A DNA stretch of 63,383 bases, counting the filler, from Dimorphilus gyrociliatus (Eukaryota > Animalia > Annelida), in NCBI GenBank assembly GCA_904063045.1. It is 7 parts of 7 records of this genome, joined end to end, with 100 filler letters (N's around TTAATTAATTAA, not from the genome) between each part and the next. Parts side by side here need not be neighbours in the genome. Positions count along the whole stretch, not along the records: positions 46,281 to 55,050 come from CAJFCJ010000295.1; positions 55,151 to 61,504 come from CAJFCJ010000105.1; 5 more parts are not named here. One strand, 5' to 3'. Within the stretch, counting starts at the first letter, position 1; every line of letters begins with the position of its first letter. The notes beneath the pieces were generated by a model that made no database searches, was not told where the DNA came from, and was given only the letters and a program-made list of their open reading frames with translations. The position numbers and the translations under genes are program-made. This document shows positions 46,281-59,149 of this stretch, piece after piece.

Positions 46281-49027
46281 ATGCAAACTAACAGGAGAAT
46301 TAGCAAGTCCAAGTCGGCCTTTTTTCAAAATAACAAAATATGAAGTAACCTTAAATGATAGATATAATTGAAATTATTTTGTATGATTTCATTTAAAATT
46401 TCAGGAAATACATGATAGCATATGTCCAATGATAAATCAGCATTTACATCAAGTTGATAATGTAGTTTTAGATAATTGTAAATGGGATAATACAGCATTA
46501 TGGGGATGTGAAATATTTGATATAAGCTATGAAAATGTTTACATAGCTAGACCACAATGTGTAAAAAACAAAAATTTAAAAAGTACAGATAAAATTTAAA
46601 TTTAAAAAAAAAGAATTTTTGTTTTTAAAAAACAAAATTTTTCAGATTTAAATTTAAGGTTACATTATCATAATTCAACATTATATTATACAAAGAATAA
46701 ACAAACACAATTCAAATTTACTGGAGTATTTCAAGTGTTTTATAACAGTTTTTGGTATAATGTAAGGTTAATAGATTTAAGATATTTAGAAGTTACAGCA
46801 ATTTGTAAATATTTTGGTTTTTGGAGTGGAACAATGACACAATTGCCACAACATATAAATTTAGGAACAAGGGAATTCTTTTCATTCAAATGTAATGGAA
46901 CATCATTAAAAAATAATTGTACAATTTCTCTTTTTCCACAACCAAAATTTTTTTTCAAGTATAAAATTTTTTTACTATTCAAATTTTTTTTTCACATTCA
47001 ATACAATATCATTTTACTATAGAAATGAATATGTTAAAAAGCGAATACGTGTAATACCAAATTTTGGAATTGAATGTAAAAGATCTTATGTTTTAGGTGT
47101 TTTATAACATTTTTTTAAAAGTTTTACAAAAAAAATTTTGCCAATAAAGAGAATTTTCAGATTGTAAATTGAATAGTTTAGCATACATGTTCGACGGAGC
47201 TTGTTATTATCTCATTTCAGAGAAAACATCATTTTCAATCAAGGATTCTTCTCAGATATGTAAAAAAAGAAATATCACTTTACCCAGTTACCTTTCCAGA
47301 GAAGCTGTTTATTTGTTAAAGTTGAATAAACAATTTGAATTTATTACTAGTAATGGGGAAAATCTTGAAGAAAATACAAAATTTAGATCTTCTTTACCAA
47401 CAAGTAATTACAAAATTGTATTCAATTTGTATAAAATTTAATTTCAAAGTTTTTTAATTTAAAGTTTTGAAGACTGCAAAAGATATTAAAGGTAGAAAGT
47501 TTCTAACTTTTGATGACAGTAAACCCTTTGAATTAAAATACACTCAACTACTGAAAGATTATGAGTATATTCAATACAATAATAATGTTTGTTTAGTAAA
47601 TAATTTCACTAAAACTATTTATTTTGGCAGTAAAATTGATGATTGCTTTACATATCTTTCCAAATTATCAACATCATATATAACCAGAAGAGATAAATGT
47701 TTCCGAGTTGAGTTTGATAGTAAAGCGGCAGATTCAACTGTTTTTAAGACATTCAATTGTGATGTTCAATATTTCTATAATGTTTTTTGTTTTCAATTTG
47801 AAAGTTGCTAAACAACTTTTAAATATTTAAATTTATGTTTTTCATTACAAAAAAAACTTTTTTTTTTTTTTTCAGAAATTGATAAATTAAATTTGAATAT
47901 TCATAAAGAACTAAATACCAATACAATACTGTTCACTTGTCCAAATAATTCATTCTTTTGTAAAATTGACAATCTATGTATTAATATAATTTATGTCTGT
48001 GATGGAATAAATGATTGTATTTCTGGTGAAGATGAACAGCAAAACTGCCAACAATTTTTTAAATTCTCTTGTACAAATAACTTACAAATAAATTATCAAT
48101 TTGTTTGTGATTTTGTTCAAGATTGTCCAAATGGAAATGATGAGAAATTTTGTGGTAAGCATTCAAATATTTCTGTGAAGTAGAAATCTGAATTTTTTAA
48201 AAATTATAGAATGGAATGAATGTAATCAAAATTCCCAAATTAGATGTAAAAACTCTCAGTGTATTGATAGAAATTTGTTTTGCGATAATGAAAGGAATTG
48301 CTATGATTCAAGTGATGAAAATTGTTTAACCTACATTTCATCTAAAGGCAAAAAAGAAGGTTTTTGTGTATGTTTTTCTCTTTTTTTTTAAAAAAACTAA
48401 TTTTTTTTTGTAAATTATGCAGAATGTCGTAAAGAATTTCAATTTTTTTGTGATAATAAATGCATACCTAATCATTTGGTTTGCAATTTTCAATTAAATT
48501 GTGAAAGTGAAGTTGATGAAGAATCTTCAGCTTGTTTTCATAAATATAAATATTTGAACAACATGAAATGTTCAATTTTTGAAATAGAAATGTTATTTAA
48601 AACAATGCCTTGTAAACTAGAGTATAATTCAATGGGTCATATTTTGACTAAAGTTCATTATCCATTCTCCAAGTTAAAATATTGTAATGTCAAGAAATGT
48701 CAATTTGGAGAATATCTATGTAAAAAACAGTCTTATTGTATATCAATTGAATTAGTTTGTGATGGAATTGTCCATTGTACTCATTCAGATGATGAACAAA
48801 ATTGTGGTAAAATTTTTACCTAGATTGTTAAATTTTTTAAAAATTTATTTCCAAAAAAAAATTGAGCAGATTACTTCAAACCAAAAGGATATTTTAAATG
48901 TAGAGATGATAAATCTTACATTACAATCAACAAAATATGTGATGGAATTGTTAATTGTCGAAAAGGAAGCGATGAAATGTATTGTAATGTTTCATTTAAA
49001 TGTCCAACTAATTGCCAGTGTTTATTG
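46281..49027 (+). pseudogene. Multi-exon extracellular protein gene (lectin-like exon, ~6 LDLa repeats, start of LRRNT) interrupted by an LTR element
   Basis: C..I....VCDG..DC..G.DE..C repeats at 47938-48990 followed by CPTNCQC immediately before the LTR. Confidence 0.7.
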
Positions 49028-49662
49028 TGTACAACTTTGGTTATATTTTACATGCTTGAACTCTATTATTTTATGCAACATATACATGTACATCTTAAAA
49101 CCTACGCAAGAAAATGCTATAACATTGGCCAAACATAAGTCTGATTAGTCAGCTTGAAGGCTCATCTTTAATTACCAATAAAGGTTTGGCCAAGTTATAA
49201 TTTAATTAACTTGCCTAGGGTGTGGCCAAGTTATAATTCAATTAACCTTCCTAAATGTTGAACCTTGTAACATCCTGTTACTAAAGATAAATATGAACTA
49301 CACATTTCGGCAACTGTAAAGTGATGATTGGATGTCAGAGACAAACCTCAAAGTATATAAATCCTCATTATTCTCATTTGGCATGCAGCTTCCATCTGGA
49401 CCCAAGGACCTGGGAAAATCATCTGGAAACAACCTCCACTGGAACCATCCATCTACTCCTCAACATTGGAAGACAGTTTGGTAATTTGGCAACCTGCTAT
49501 TACAAACTATCTACTCTGCTATTGAACTCTCATATTGTTACTTGCTTAAGTATTATTATTGCGAATAAACCATTTTAATTTAAACATTTGTTTAAAGGTT
49601 CGAGTAGAACCAGTATTGTTATAACTTGCAAACGCATAGATTTTGCCAGCAAGAGCAGTACA
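49028..49662 (+). repeat. 5' LTR (635 bp)
   Basis: Starts TGTAC, ends GTACA; near-identical to 60897-61504. Confidence 0.9.
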
Positions 49663-49666
49663 AATT

Positions 49667-49684
49667 TGGCGCAGTCGACAGGAT
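49667..49684 (+). promoter_or_regulatory. Primer-binding site, probably tRNA-Ser
   Basis: TGGCGCAGTCGACAGGAT 4 nt after the LTR; its reverse complement ATCCTGTCGACTGCGCCA fits the 3' end of metazoan tRNA-Ser from recalled sequence. Confidence 0.75.
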
Positions 49685-49722
49685 ATTCTTTTGGTTTATT
49701 CAAAAGTTTTGAGAAAGTAAAT

Positions 49723-52700
49723 ATGGCAGAAGGAGGAAATGGAAACGCCACTGGGGCAGTTACAGACTCTAACCCTTCAACCCCAGCAACTCCAACAATT
49801 ACAATTCAGCCAGCAGGAATGTCAGAAAGGCAACAAAGACTAATTGAAGACTATGACAGATTGGTGAGTGAAATGAAAAGAAATCGAATCACAATTCCAA
49901 CAGATCATGGAGATGGAACACATCACCCAGCACAGAACCCAAATGTTGATATCACAACAGTAATTCAAGCATTAAGGGCTGCTTGGGACCGCCCTCAAAG
50001 AACTATTCTCAAGTTGTATGATGGAAGCAAGGAGTGTTCAAAATTCAAAGAAGACTTTAATCAGGCATGTTATGCTTATGGTTGGATAGGAGAAGATGTT
50101 GTGAAAGCAAATCTTTTAGATTATTTAACTGGTCCTGCAAAGGATTTGGTGTTGGCTCTGGATGGAGAGCCTACTGTGGAGGAAATATGGAAAGCCCTCC
50201 ATGACGAATTTGATCTAGATCCTTTGGAGTATCAGGAGAAATTGCTTAACTTAAAGCAAATGAATGGCGAAAGTGTGGTTCAGTTTGTTAATAGAGCAAA
50301 GAAATTGATAAAGAGGTTTTCTCCACCTAGACCAATGGAACCACAATTGCTTGCAACTATGAAAGAAATAAAACTGATGGAAGTTTTACAAAGAGGATTA
50401 CAACAGGATATTCTACATTTAGTGTACACCTTACATCCTAAATGTCAAACATTGGCAGAACTATATGAGGCTGCTAAGCAAGCAGAAACTTCATTAAAAC
50501 TAACTCAAAGAAAACCGATCACAATGGTGTCAAAATTGGAAACTCAACAAAGAAAAGAGACCAAAAAGACCCAGGTAATCAGAAAAGATGCTTCTACAGA
50601 AACCCCAAATTTCTGGAATAGAAAGCATGTACCTGACAACAAAAATGCTACTAAAGAAAAGTTTTCAAGCCAAAAAGTCCAAAAGTATGCACCAACTACA
50701 ACAAATAGGTATTATAAGAAAAATCAACCAGCAAAGACGATACTGAAAGAGGAACCTAAGCTACAAAAATTAGAAACATTAGACAATGAAAGCATGTCAG
50801 AAAACGACGAAGTTCAAGATATTCTCTGTTTTTCAGATAGTGACGAATCCACTTGTCAGCTGTTACAAAGCAAACAATCTGAGCGAAATGCTTCAACATT
50901 TATTGGACAATTTGAAACTAATACTGGTTTTAAGTTTGATGCCTTGATAGACTCTGGTAGTGACAGATCTTTCATTTCAAAAAAGGTATTAAGACAAGTT
51001 CAAGGAAAAGCATCCTTCCCAGAACAAACTGTGAAAAATGCTAGAGATGCTTCAGGAAATAGCATCGAGATATGTGGAGAAATCATTCTCAGACTTTATT
51101 TTAATGAAAAGATTATTAAACAACGCTTTCTGATCAACAAAATCATTACACAACAATGTATTATTGGGTGTGACTTTCTACAACAAAATGGAGCTACCCT
51201 TGACTTTGGCAAGAGACAGATTATACTCCAGCCAGGTACAGAAAAGAATTACCCTGTTGGAACACAACACTTATCTTTCAAAGGGTTTTACCCAGTTCCT
51301 CTTATTATGAAAAAGAATGAGAGTCAAATACATACCCTTCAGACAACAATTGAACAAGAAAATCCCGAGATGAAGAACAAAGTTACCCAAATTCTGGCAA
51401 AATATAAAGAAACTATTGCAGAAGACAGATTTGATATTGGCAATCCAGAGGTACCACCCTTGGAAATAACTCTTGAACCAGGTTCAACACCATATAGACA
51501 AAGGCCATATAGAATGCCTCCTCAAAAACAAGAAGAATGTAAGCAACAGATAGCTGAATTGGTAAAAAGCAAAGTTATTCAACCAAGCAAGAGCAATTGG
51601 GCTTCACCAATTGTTTTCGTAAGAAAGAAGGAAGGTAGTCTACGAATGTGTGTAGATTATAGAAAACTAAACAAAATGACAGTTAAAAACAAGTATCCAC
51701 TGCCAAATCAAGATGATCTTTTTGACCATTTGGGAGGAGGAAATAAATTCTTTTCTACAATGGATTTGACAAGTGCATACCACCACATTAACATCAAGAA
51801 AGAAGATAGGTCTAAAACAGCATTTATTACACCTTTTGGCTTGTTTGAATTTATTAAGATGCCTTTTGGATTAACCAATGCCCTCCTCATTTTAGTTATG
51901 TAATGAATTCATTTGTGCTAAAGGATGTAAAGCATTTGTGCCTAAACTACCTTGATGACATAATAATATTTACCAAGTCGCTGGACCAACATTGGGAAGC
52001 ATTGGAGACCATTCTTCAACAGATTCAAAAGTACAATTTTAAGATTAAACTAAGTAAATGTGTGTTTTTGAAAGAACAAGTTCAATTCTTGGGACACATT
52101 GTATCAGAAAAGGGGATTGAAACAGATAAGTCCAAGACAGATAAATTATATAATTTACAGCCACCAGTGTTTGCAAATTCACTACTAAGCTTTGTTGCAT
52201 TTTGTGGCTATTACAGAAAATTTATACAAGATTTTGCAAGAGTAGCTAAACCTCTGTATATGTTAATGAAACTACATGGGAAAAAGGATAAATTGCAATG
52301 GACTGAGGAAGCCAAGCAATCATTTTTCAAGTTGAGAGATGCAGTAGTTAACCCTCCTGTATTACAACTACCTGATTTTGCTAAAGATTTTCACTTAACA
52401 ACAGATGCATCGAATGTAGCTGTAGGAGGAGTTCTTGAACAAGTTTATGTAGATGAGAATGGGAAGAAAACAATGAAACCCATTGCCTACGCTTCAAAAC
52501 AATTCAACAATAATCAAATGAAATATGCAGCCTATCAAAAGGAAGCATTTGGGGTTTACTGGGTTGTAAAGAAATTTTTACATTACCTTCAAGACAAGCC
52601 ATTCTTTTTATATACTGACCATCAGAGTCTAGTACAAACATTTAAGCAAACAAATTGAATGTCAGCACAGCAAAATGGGTCATGGCTTTAATGGATTTAA

Positions 52701-54651
52701 AATTTACAATTAACTATGTGACAGGACGAAAAAATAGAGCAGATGCATTAACAAGATTAGAAGAATATACACCCCAAGGAAAGTAACATTTGAAGAGCTA
52801 ATTCATGGAAAGATCAAAAAGGAGAATTCTCCCTCTATTTCAGTTAAAATGGAACAGTATGAACATACACCAGAGTTAACTTTTGTAGCTACCAGTGATA
52901 ACAGTGAAGAGAAAATTGATTTGTCTTCTGTTGACTTACAGTCAGAGCAAGAAAAAGATGTGAATTTAAAATCAATTAAAGAATATTTAACATTGGATGG
53001 TCAGCTACCTATTCCTTATTTTGGAACTTTTACACCTTTCATAATGGAGATGTTTGTTCACAAGGAAATGATCTGGATTATCCTTGAAGAAAGAAACATT
53101 CTGGTTTTACCTGACCATTTGATGCTAACTCTGCTCCCTAAATTCCATAAAAATAAAATTCACAATCACCATGGACCCGAATGACATTACAAATAATTAC
53201 AAAGACCTTTTGGCACCAAAATTAAAGATTATGATTGAGAATTCAATAAAGGATTGCACTTTGTGTGAACAAATGAATGGTAGGAGTAGAGTATACCCTT
53301 TGGTAGAAACCTTTCACCCTGCATCACCAATGGAGTTGGTAGCCATGGATATAATGGGACCCTTACCCATGGTTAAGTCATACAGATTCATACTTGTGAT
53401 AGTGGATCATTTCAGTAGATACACAGTTTTATATGCACTCAAACAGCAAACCAGTAAAGAAATTGCAAACCTTCTTTTCAACAGATTTTTTCCCATTTTT
53501 GGAATTCCAAAACAAATGTTGACAGATCAAGGAAGAAACTTTGTTGGTAAAGCTTTTAAAGAGTTTATGAAGGTATTAGGTATTGAGAAAATCCAAACAA
53601 CAGCTTATAGAAGCCAGAGCAATGGACTAGTTGAACGAAGAAATAGAGAAGTGAGGAAGGAAATCAATAAATTAGTGGTGGAAGAAAATCAGCATAACTG
53701 GGTTGCAAACCTACCCTTGATTCAAGCATTTTTGAATCAATCACCTGTAGGAAGTACAAGACTACCACCCAGGAACTTCTTTTTGGCACCAGCACAAGAA
53801 CACTGATTGATGTAACAATGCATACTACCTCTCCTGAAACAAATGTACTATTTGTATTCAATCACCAGCAGCAATTAGTACAGTTAAGAGCTACAGCCTT
53901 CTGTAAATCCATCATGGCAAAAGAACAATATAGGGAAAGAAAGAATAGAAATCTCAATCTTCCAAAATTTTTGAGGTTGATGATGAAGTATTCTTAAGAA
54001 ATGATGCTGCAAGAATTGCAATAACAAAAATCCCTTCTTTAAAATGGTTAGGCCCATACCGAATAACAAAAGTCAATCATCAAAAGTGGATATATGAAAT
54101 CAAATGGATGATAATACATGCAAGTTGGTACATGGTAGCAGATTAAGACTAGCCAATGAATCTAATAAGTTGGAAACAGGGAAAGAAGCAACAACAATCT
54201 TTCACCTTGTGGAGAAGGAAATAACACACCTCCAATATCTTTCTCAGGTAGAAGGAAGAAATGACTTCCAATTCCGTTTGAAGAATCAAAAAGGCCAAGA
54301 AGTCATTGCCTTGTGTGACACAGGAGCATTGAGATCCTTTATTACTGAAAAAGAAATCAAGTTAATGGATGTTACAATTATGGATAAAGAAACAATTGGC
54401 TTACCAATTATAACTTCAGCTGATGGGAAAGCTTTAAAGCAAAAAGGAAGCGTAAAGCTGAATATCCAATTTGCTGGAGAAAGTATGGAACAAGAATTTA
54501 TAGTTATGGAAAACTAGACATAGCAATAATACTTGGTTGTGATTTCCTACAAACTGTGGGAGCAAACCTCAATTTTGAAGCTAAACAGTGTTCTCTCAAA
54601 TTTGATAGAAGGAAAGGGAACCTGGCTGAAAGAATAAGGCAACCTCAATAA
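49723..54651 (+). CDS. Gag-Pol (Gag, PR, RT, RNase H, IN with GPY/F, second PR) with several 1-nt frameshifts
   Basis: LIDSGS (50950), RMCVDYRKLN, KMPFGL, YLDD, TDAS..AVGGVL, TDHQSL, H..H..C..C, DIMGP, TDQG.NF, ERRNR, WLGPY (~54045), LCDTGA (54317), ILGCDFL. Confidence 0.88.
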
Positions 54652-55050
54652 ACAAAGTCACTATAGCCATGATGGGACAGCATGACTCTTCATCAGAAAG
54701 TTCAGATAGTGATGACTCAGAGATGGAAGTTACTAATTCTGATACTGGTTATGACACAAGCAATACTTTCAAAACAGACAGTAATTACAGTCTCAATGAA
54801 CCTTCAAGCTCATCTGAAAGTGATGACACAGAAACAAATAATGAACTGGATCAAAATACAGATTCAGAGGCAAACATTATCTCTGATAGAGAAGATGAAA
54901 TATCTAGTTCAGACGATGAGTCAATAATTATTGAAAGGAAATTATTGATATAACCCATTCGGATAATGAGTCAATAATTATTGAAGGTGATTATTGACAT
55001 ATCATTCAGATAATGAGTCCTCATGTGGTTGCATCATCCAAGATGAGAAA

Positions 55051-55150
55051 NNNNNNNNNNNNNNNNNNNNNNNNNNNNNNNNNNNNNNNNNNNNTTAATT
55101 AATTAANNNNNNNNNNNNNNNNNNNNNNNNNNNNNNNNNNNNNNNNNNNN
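55051..55150. other. Artificial contig linker
   Basis: N44-TTAATTAATTAA-N44. Confidence 0.98.
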
Positions 55151-57840
55151 ACAAACTCTACTGACAAAACTATTTTTAAGCAACAATCCAATTGGAACTG
55201 AAGTTGGAAAAAGTATTTTTGAAAATATTAAAACAAATTGCACAAAGTTGACAGCACTTGATTTAAGCAATTGTGGATTTAAATCAGAATTGGTGATGTT
55301 GTTGGAGATGCAATTGGTAAACAAACTCTACTAACTGAACTATTTTTAAGTGACAATCCAATTGGAACTGAAGTTGGAAAAAGTATTTTTGAAAATATTA
55401 AAACAAATTGCACAAAGTTGACAGCATTGATTTCCAAAATTGTGGATTTAAATCAGGAATTGGTGATGTTGTTGGAGATGCAATTGGTAAACAAACTCTA
55501 CTGACTACTATCTTTAAGCAACAATCCAATTGGAACTGAAGTTGGAAAAAGTATTTTTGAAAATATTAAAACAAATTGCACAAAGTTGACAGACATTGAT
55601 TTCCAAAATTGTGGATTTGAATCAGGAATTGGTCATGTTGTTGGAGATGCAATTGGTAAACAAACTCTACTAACTGGCTGTCTTTAAGGGACAATCCAAT
55701 TGGAACTGAAGTTGGAAAAAGTATTTTTGAAAATATTAAAACAAATTGTACAAAGTTGACACACATTGATTTCCAAAATTGTGGATTTGAATCAGGAATT
55801 GGTCCTGTTGTTGGAAATGCAATTGGTAAACAAACTCTACTAACTGAACTATTTTTAAGTGACAATCCAATTGGAACTGAAGTTGGAAAAAGTATTTTTG
55901 AAAATATTAAAACAAATTGCACACAGTTGACAGACATTGATTTCCAAAATTGTGGATTTGAATCAGGAATTGGTCATGTTGTTGCAAATGCAATTGGTAA
56001 ACAAACTCTACTAACTTGGCTGTCTTTAACAGACAATCCAATTGGAACTGAAGTTGGAAAAAGTATTTTTGAAAATATTAAAACAAATTGCACAAAGTTG
56101 ACAGTCATTGATTTCAAAAATTGTGGATTTGAATCAGGAATTGGTCCTGTTGTGGGAGATGCAATTGGTAAACAAACTCTACTGACAAAACTTCTGTTAA
56201 GCAACAATGCAATTGGAACTGAAGTTGGAAAAAGTATTTTTGAAAATATTAAAACAAATTGCACACAGTTGACAGTCATTGATTTCCAAAATTGTGGATT
56301 TGTATCAGGAATTGGTCCTGTTGTTGGAAATGCAATTGGTAAACAAACTCTACTGACAAAACTTCTTTTAAGGAACAATCCAATTGGAACTGAAGTTGGA
56401 AAAAGTATTTTTGAAAATATTAAAACAAATTGTACAAAGTTGACACACATTGATTTCCAAAATTGTGGATTTGAATCAGGAATTGGTCCTGTTATGGGAG
56501 ATGCAATTGGTAAACAAACTCTACTGACAAAACTTCTTTTAAGGAACAATCCAATTGGAACTGAAGTTGGAAAAAGTATTTTTGAAAATATTAAAACAAA
56601 TTGTACAAAGTTGACAGTCATTGATTTCCAAAATTGTGGATTTGAATCAGGAATTGGTCCTGTTGTTGGAGATGCAATTGGTAAACAAACTCTACTAATG
56701 TGGCTGTCTTTAACCAACAATCCAATTGGAACTGAAGTTGGAAAAAGTATTTTTGAAAATATTAAAACAAATTGCACAAAGTTGACAGTCATTGATTTCA
56801 AAAATTGTGGATTTGAATCAGGAATTGGTCCTGTTGTGGGAGATGCAATTGGTAAACAAACTCTACTGACAAAACTTCTGTTAAGCAACAATGCAATTGG
56901 AACTGAAGTTGGAAAAAGTATTTTTGAAAATATTAAAACAAATTGCACACAGTTGACAGTCATTGATTTCCAAAATTGTGGATTTGAATCAGGAATTGGT
57001 CATGTTGTTGCAGATGCAATTGGTAAACAAACTCTACTAACGTGGCTGTCTTTAAGCAACAATGTAATTGGAACTGAAGTTGGAAAAAGTATTTTTGAAA
57101 ATATTAAAACAAATTGTACAAAGTTGACACACATTGATTTCCAAAATTGTGGATTTGAATCAGGAATTGGTCATGTTGTTGGAAATGCAATTGGTAAACA
57201 AACTCTACTAACTTGGCTGTCTTTAAGGGACAATCCAATTGGAACTGAAGTTGGAAAAAGTATTTTTGAAAATATTAAAACAAATTGTACAAAGTTGACA
57301 CACATTGATTTCCAAAATTGTGGATTTGAATCAGGAATTGGTCATGTTGTTGGAAATGCAATTGGTAAACAAACTCTACTAACGTGGCTGTCTTTAAGCA
57401 ACAATGCAATTGGAACTGAAGTTGGAAAAAGTATTTTTGAAAATATTAAAACAAATTGCACACAGTTGACAGTCATTGATTTCAAAAATTGTGGATTTGA
57501 ATCAGGAATTGGTCATGTTGTTGCAGATGCAATTGGTAAACAAACTCTACTAACGTGGCTGTCTTTAAGCAACAATGCAATTGGAACTGAAGTTGGAAAA
57601 AGTATTTTTGAAAATATTAAAACAAATTGTACAAAGTTGACACACATTGATTTCCAAAATTGTGGATTTGAATCAGGCATTGGTCCTATTGTTGGAGATG
57701 CAATTGGTAAACAAACTCTACTAATGTGGCTGTCTTTAAGCAACAATCCAATTGGAACTGAAGTTGGAAAAAGTATTTTTGAAAATATTAAAACAAATTG
57801 TACAAAGTTGACAGACATTGATTTCCAAAATTGTGGATTT
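55151..57840 (+). CDS. Ribonuclease-inhibitor-like LRR array: 16 tandem 171-bp (57-aa) units; first units frameshifted
   Basis: ATTGGAACTGAAG recurs at 55191, 55361, 55529, 55699, then every 171 bp to 57751; each unit holds LxxLxLxxNxI and LxxIxFxxCxF. Confidence 0.88.
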
Positions 57841-57860
57841 GGTTAGGGTTACACAGGGGT
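57841..57860 (+). other. Telomere-seeded junction that truncates the LRR array
   Basis: GGTTAGGGTTACACAGGGGT is identical to 34208-34227 and replaces the expected GAATCAGGA continuation. Confidence 0.85.
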
Positions 57861-58321
57861 CCCCAAAAAAATTTTGAGTTCATAAGTTATGGAAATATTC
57901 AGTTTTGTTTGCTGATTATAGATCTGTAAAAAATGACCTAAAAATGTTTTTAGTTTGGCTGTTGTTTTTTAAAAACGTTTAAAAAAAAATACTATCATTC
58001 TATAGAGAATAAAACTCCAACTTCTAATAGCTTTTTTAAGTTGATTTTTGGTATGAAGATGTAGTTTGGGCTTATATAAGTTTTGGTGAAAAGATATACC
58101 TAATAATGTTCTTTGGTTACTAGGGTTTGCAAAGGGTTTTTTTTTTTGACTAAATCAAAAAAGAGAAACAGGATTCTCACATTTCAAGAGTCCCAGTTGA
58201 TTTTGAGAAGCAGTCAAAGAAAAAATACACCAAAATCGACATTTAAAACAATTTCCAACAGAAAAAATTTTTTCAAAAAATTTTCAAAAATATTTTTCTT
58301 AAATTTTTTTCCTACCTACTT

Positions 58322-58378
58322 GACCTACCACGGTTTCGTCCTCCTCTCTATTTTTATGACCAAGGACTCATCAGGGTC
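58322..58378 (-). ncRNA. Minimal type I hammerhead ribozyme (second copy)
   Basis: Minus strand GACC-CUGAUGA-GUCCU(loop)AGGAC-GAAA-CCGUG-GUA-GGUC; stem II covaries with the copy at 34422. Confidence 0.88.
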
Positions 58379-59149
58379 TATTAACCTACACCTACAGAGA
58401 GGTTGAAGGATTCCAATAGGGAATTCACTTCTTCAGGTCTTTTTTTAATATATATCATATTGAAAGTGCTATGTATTATGATACTGTATATCAGAATTTG
58501 TACATACCATTTTAATATCATCAGCAATTGTAGGGGATGTTCATTTAATTGGGTATTTTAAATGTGATTTTGACTCCTTCTTCAAACTAAATATGAACAG
58601 TGTGAATAAAACATTTAAAATATATATAACACACTTTCCTGTTTAATGACATATCTAAATACCATTCTATCATTGAAGGATGTATATTTTGAAAGGAATT
58701 GTAGAAGTTGTTCATAAGACCAGCTATTTTTAATGTGATGCTGACTCCTTAATCTTCAAACTATAAATGATTTCTGTGAAAACATATTCACTTTATATAT
58801 AAGACACATGGAAAATCCTGTGGGAACATGCCACAAGCTAATCCAGGTTAGATAAAATTATATAATGCTAACAGATATGTGACAGCATGAAATTAGTAAA
58901 CTGTGAGAAAACTGATAATCTAACAAAGTCTGTGTATGAGAACTTACTATAATAGTTCAATGCAATAGAAAATTGAAATTACTGTTTAGAAATATATTCA
59001 TTATATCAATTCAATATATCCTATTTAAAACATAATAATTTTTATAATGAATTTTAGAAGGAAAATGCACTAAACTTCAAGGCAAGCTAGGTTGAAAAAT
59101 AAAAAGGATAATTAAATTCAGTAAAAATATTTGAGATAAGGAAGTCAAT

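Larger units (their letters stand above)
49028..55050 (+). mobile_element. Ty3/gypsy LTR retrotransposon; 3' LTR not reached
   Basis: LTR + PBS + gag + PR-RT-RNaseH-IN domain order. Confidence 0.95.

Noticed and set aside
49321-49578. 85-aa ORF duplicated at 61190-61447
   Set aside because: It lies inside the LTR, which explains the duplication; no coding features.
51870-54520. Pol frameshifts as programmed recoding
   Set aside because: They fall inside RT, RNase H, IN and PR domains, mostly at homopolymers, not at the gag/pol boundary; error or decay is more likely.
55103-57818. Minus-strand repetitive ORFs over the LRR array
   Set aside because: Antisense shadows of the 171-bp repeat; the plus strand carries the LRR consensus.
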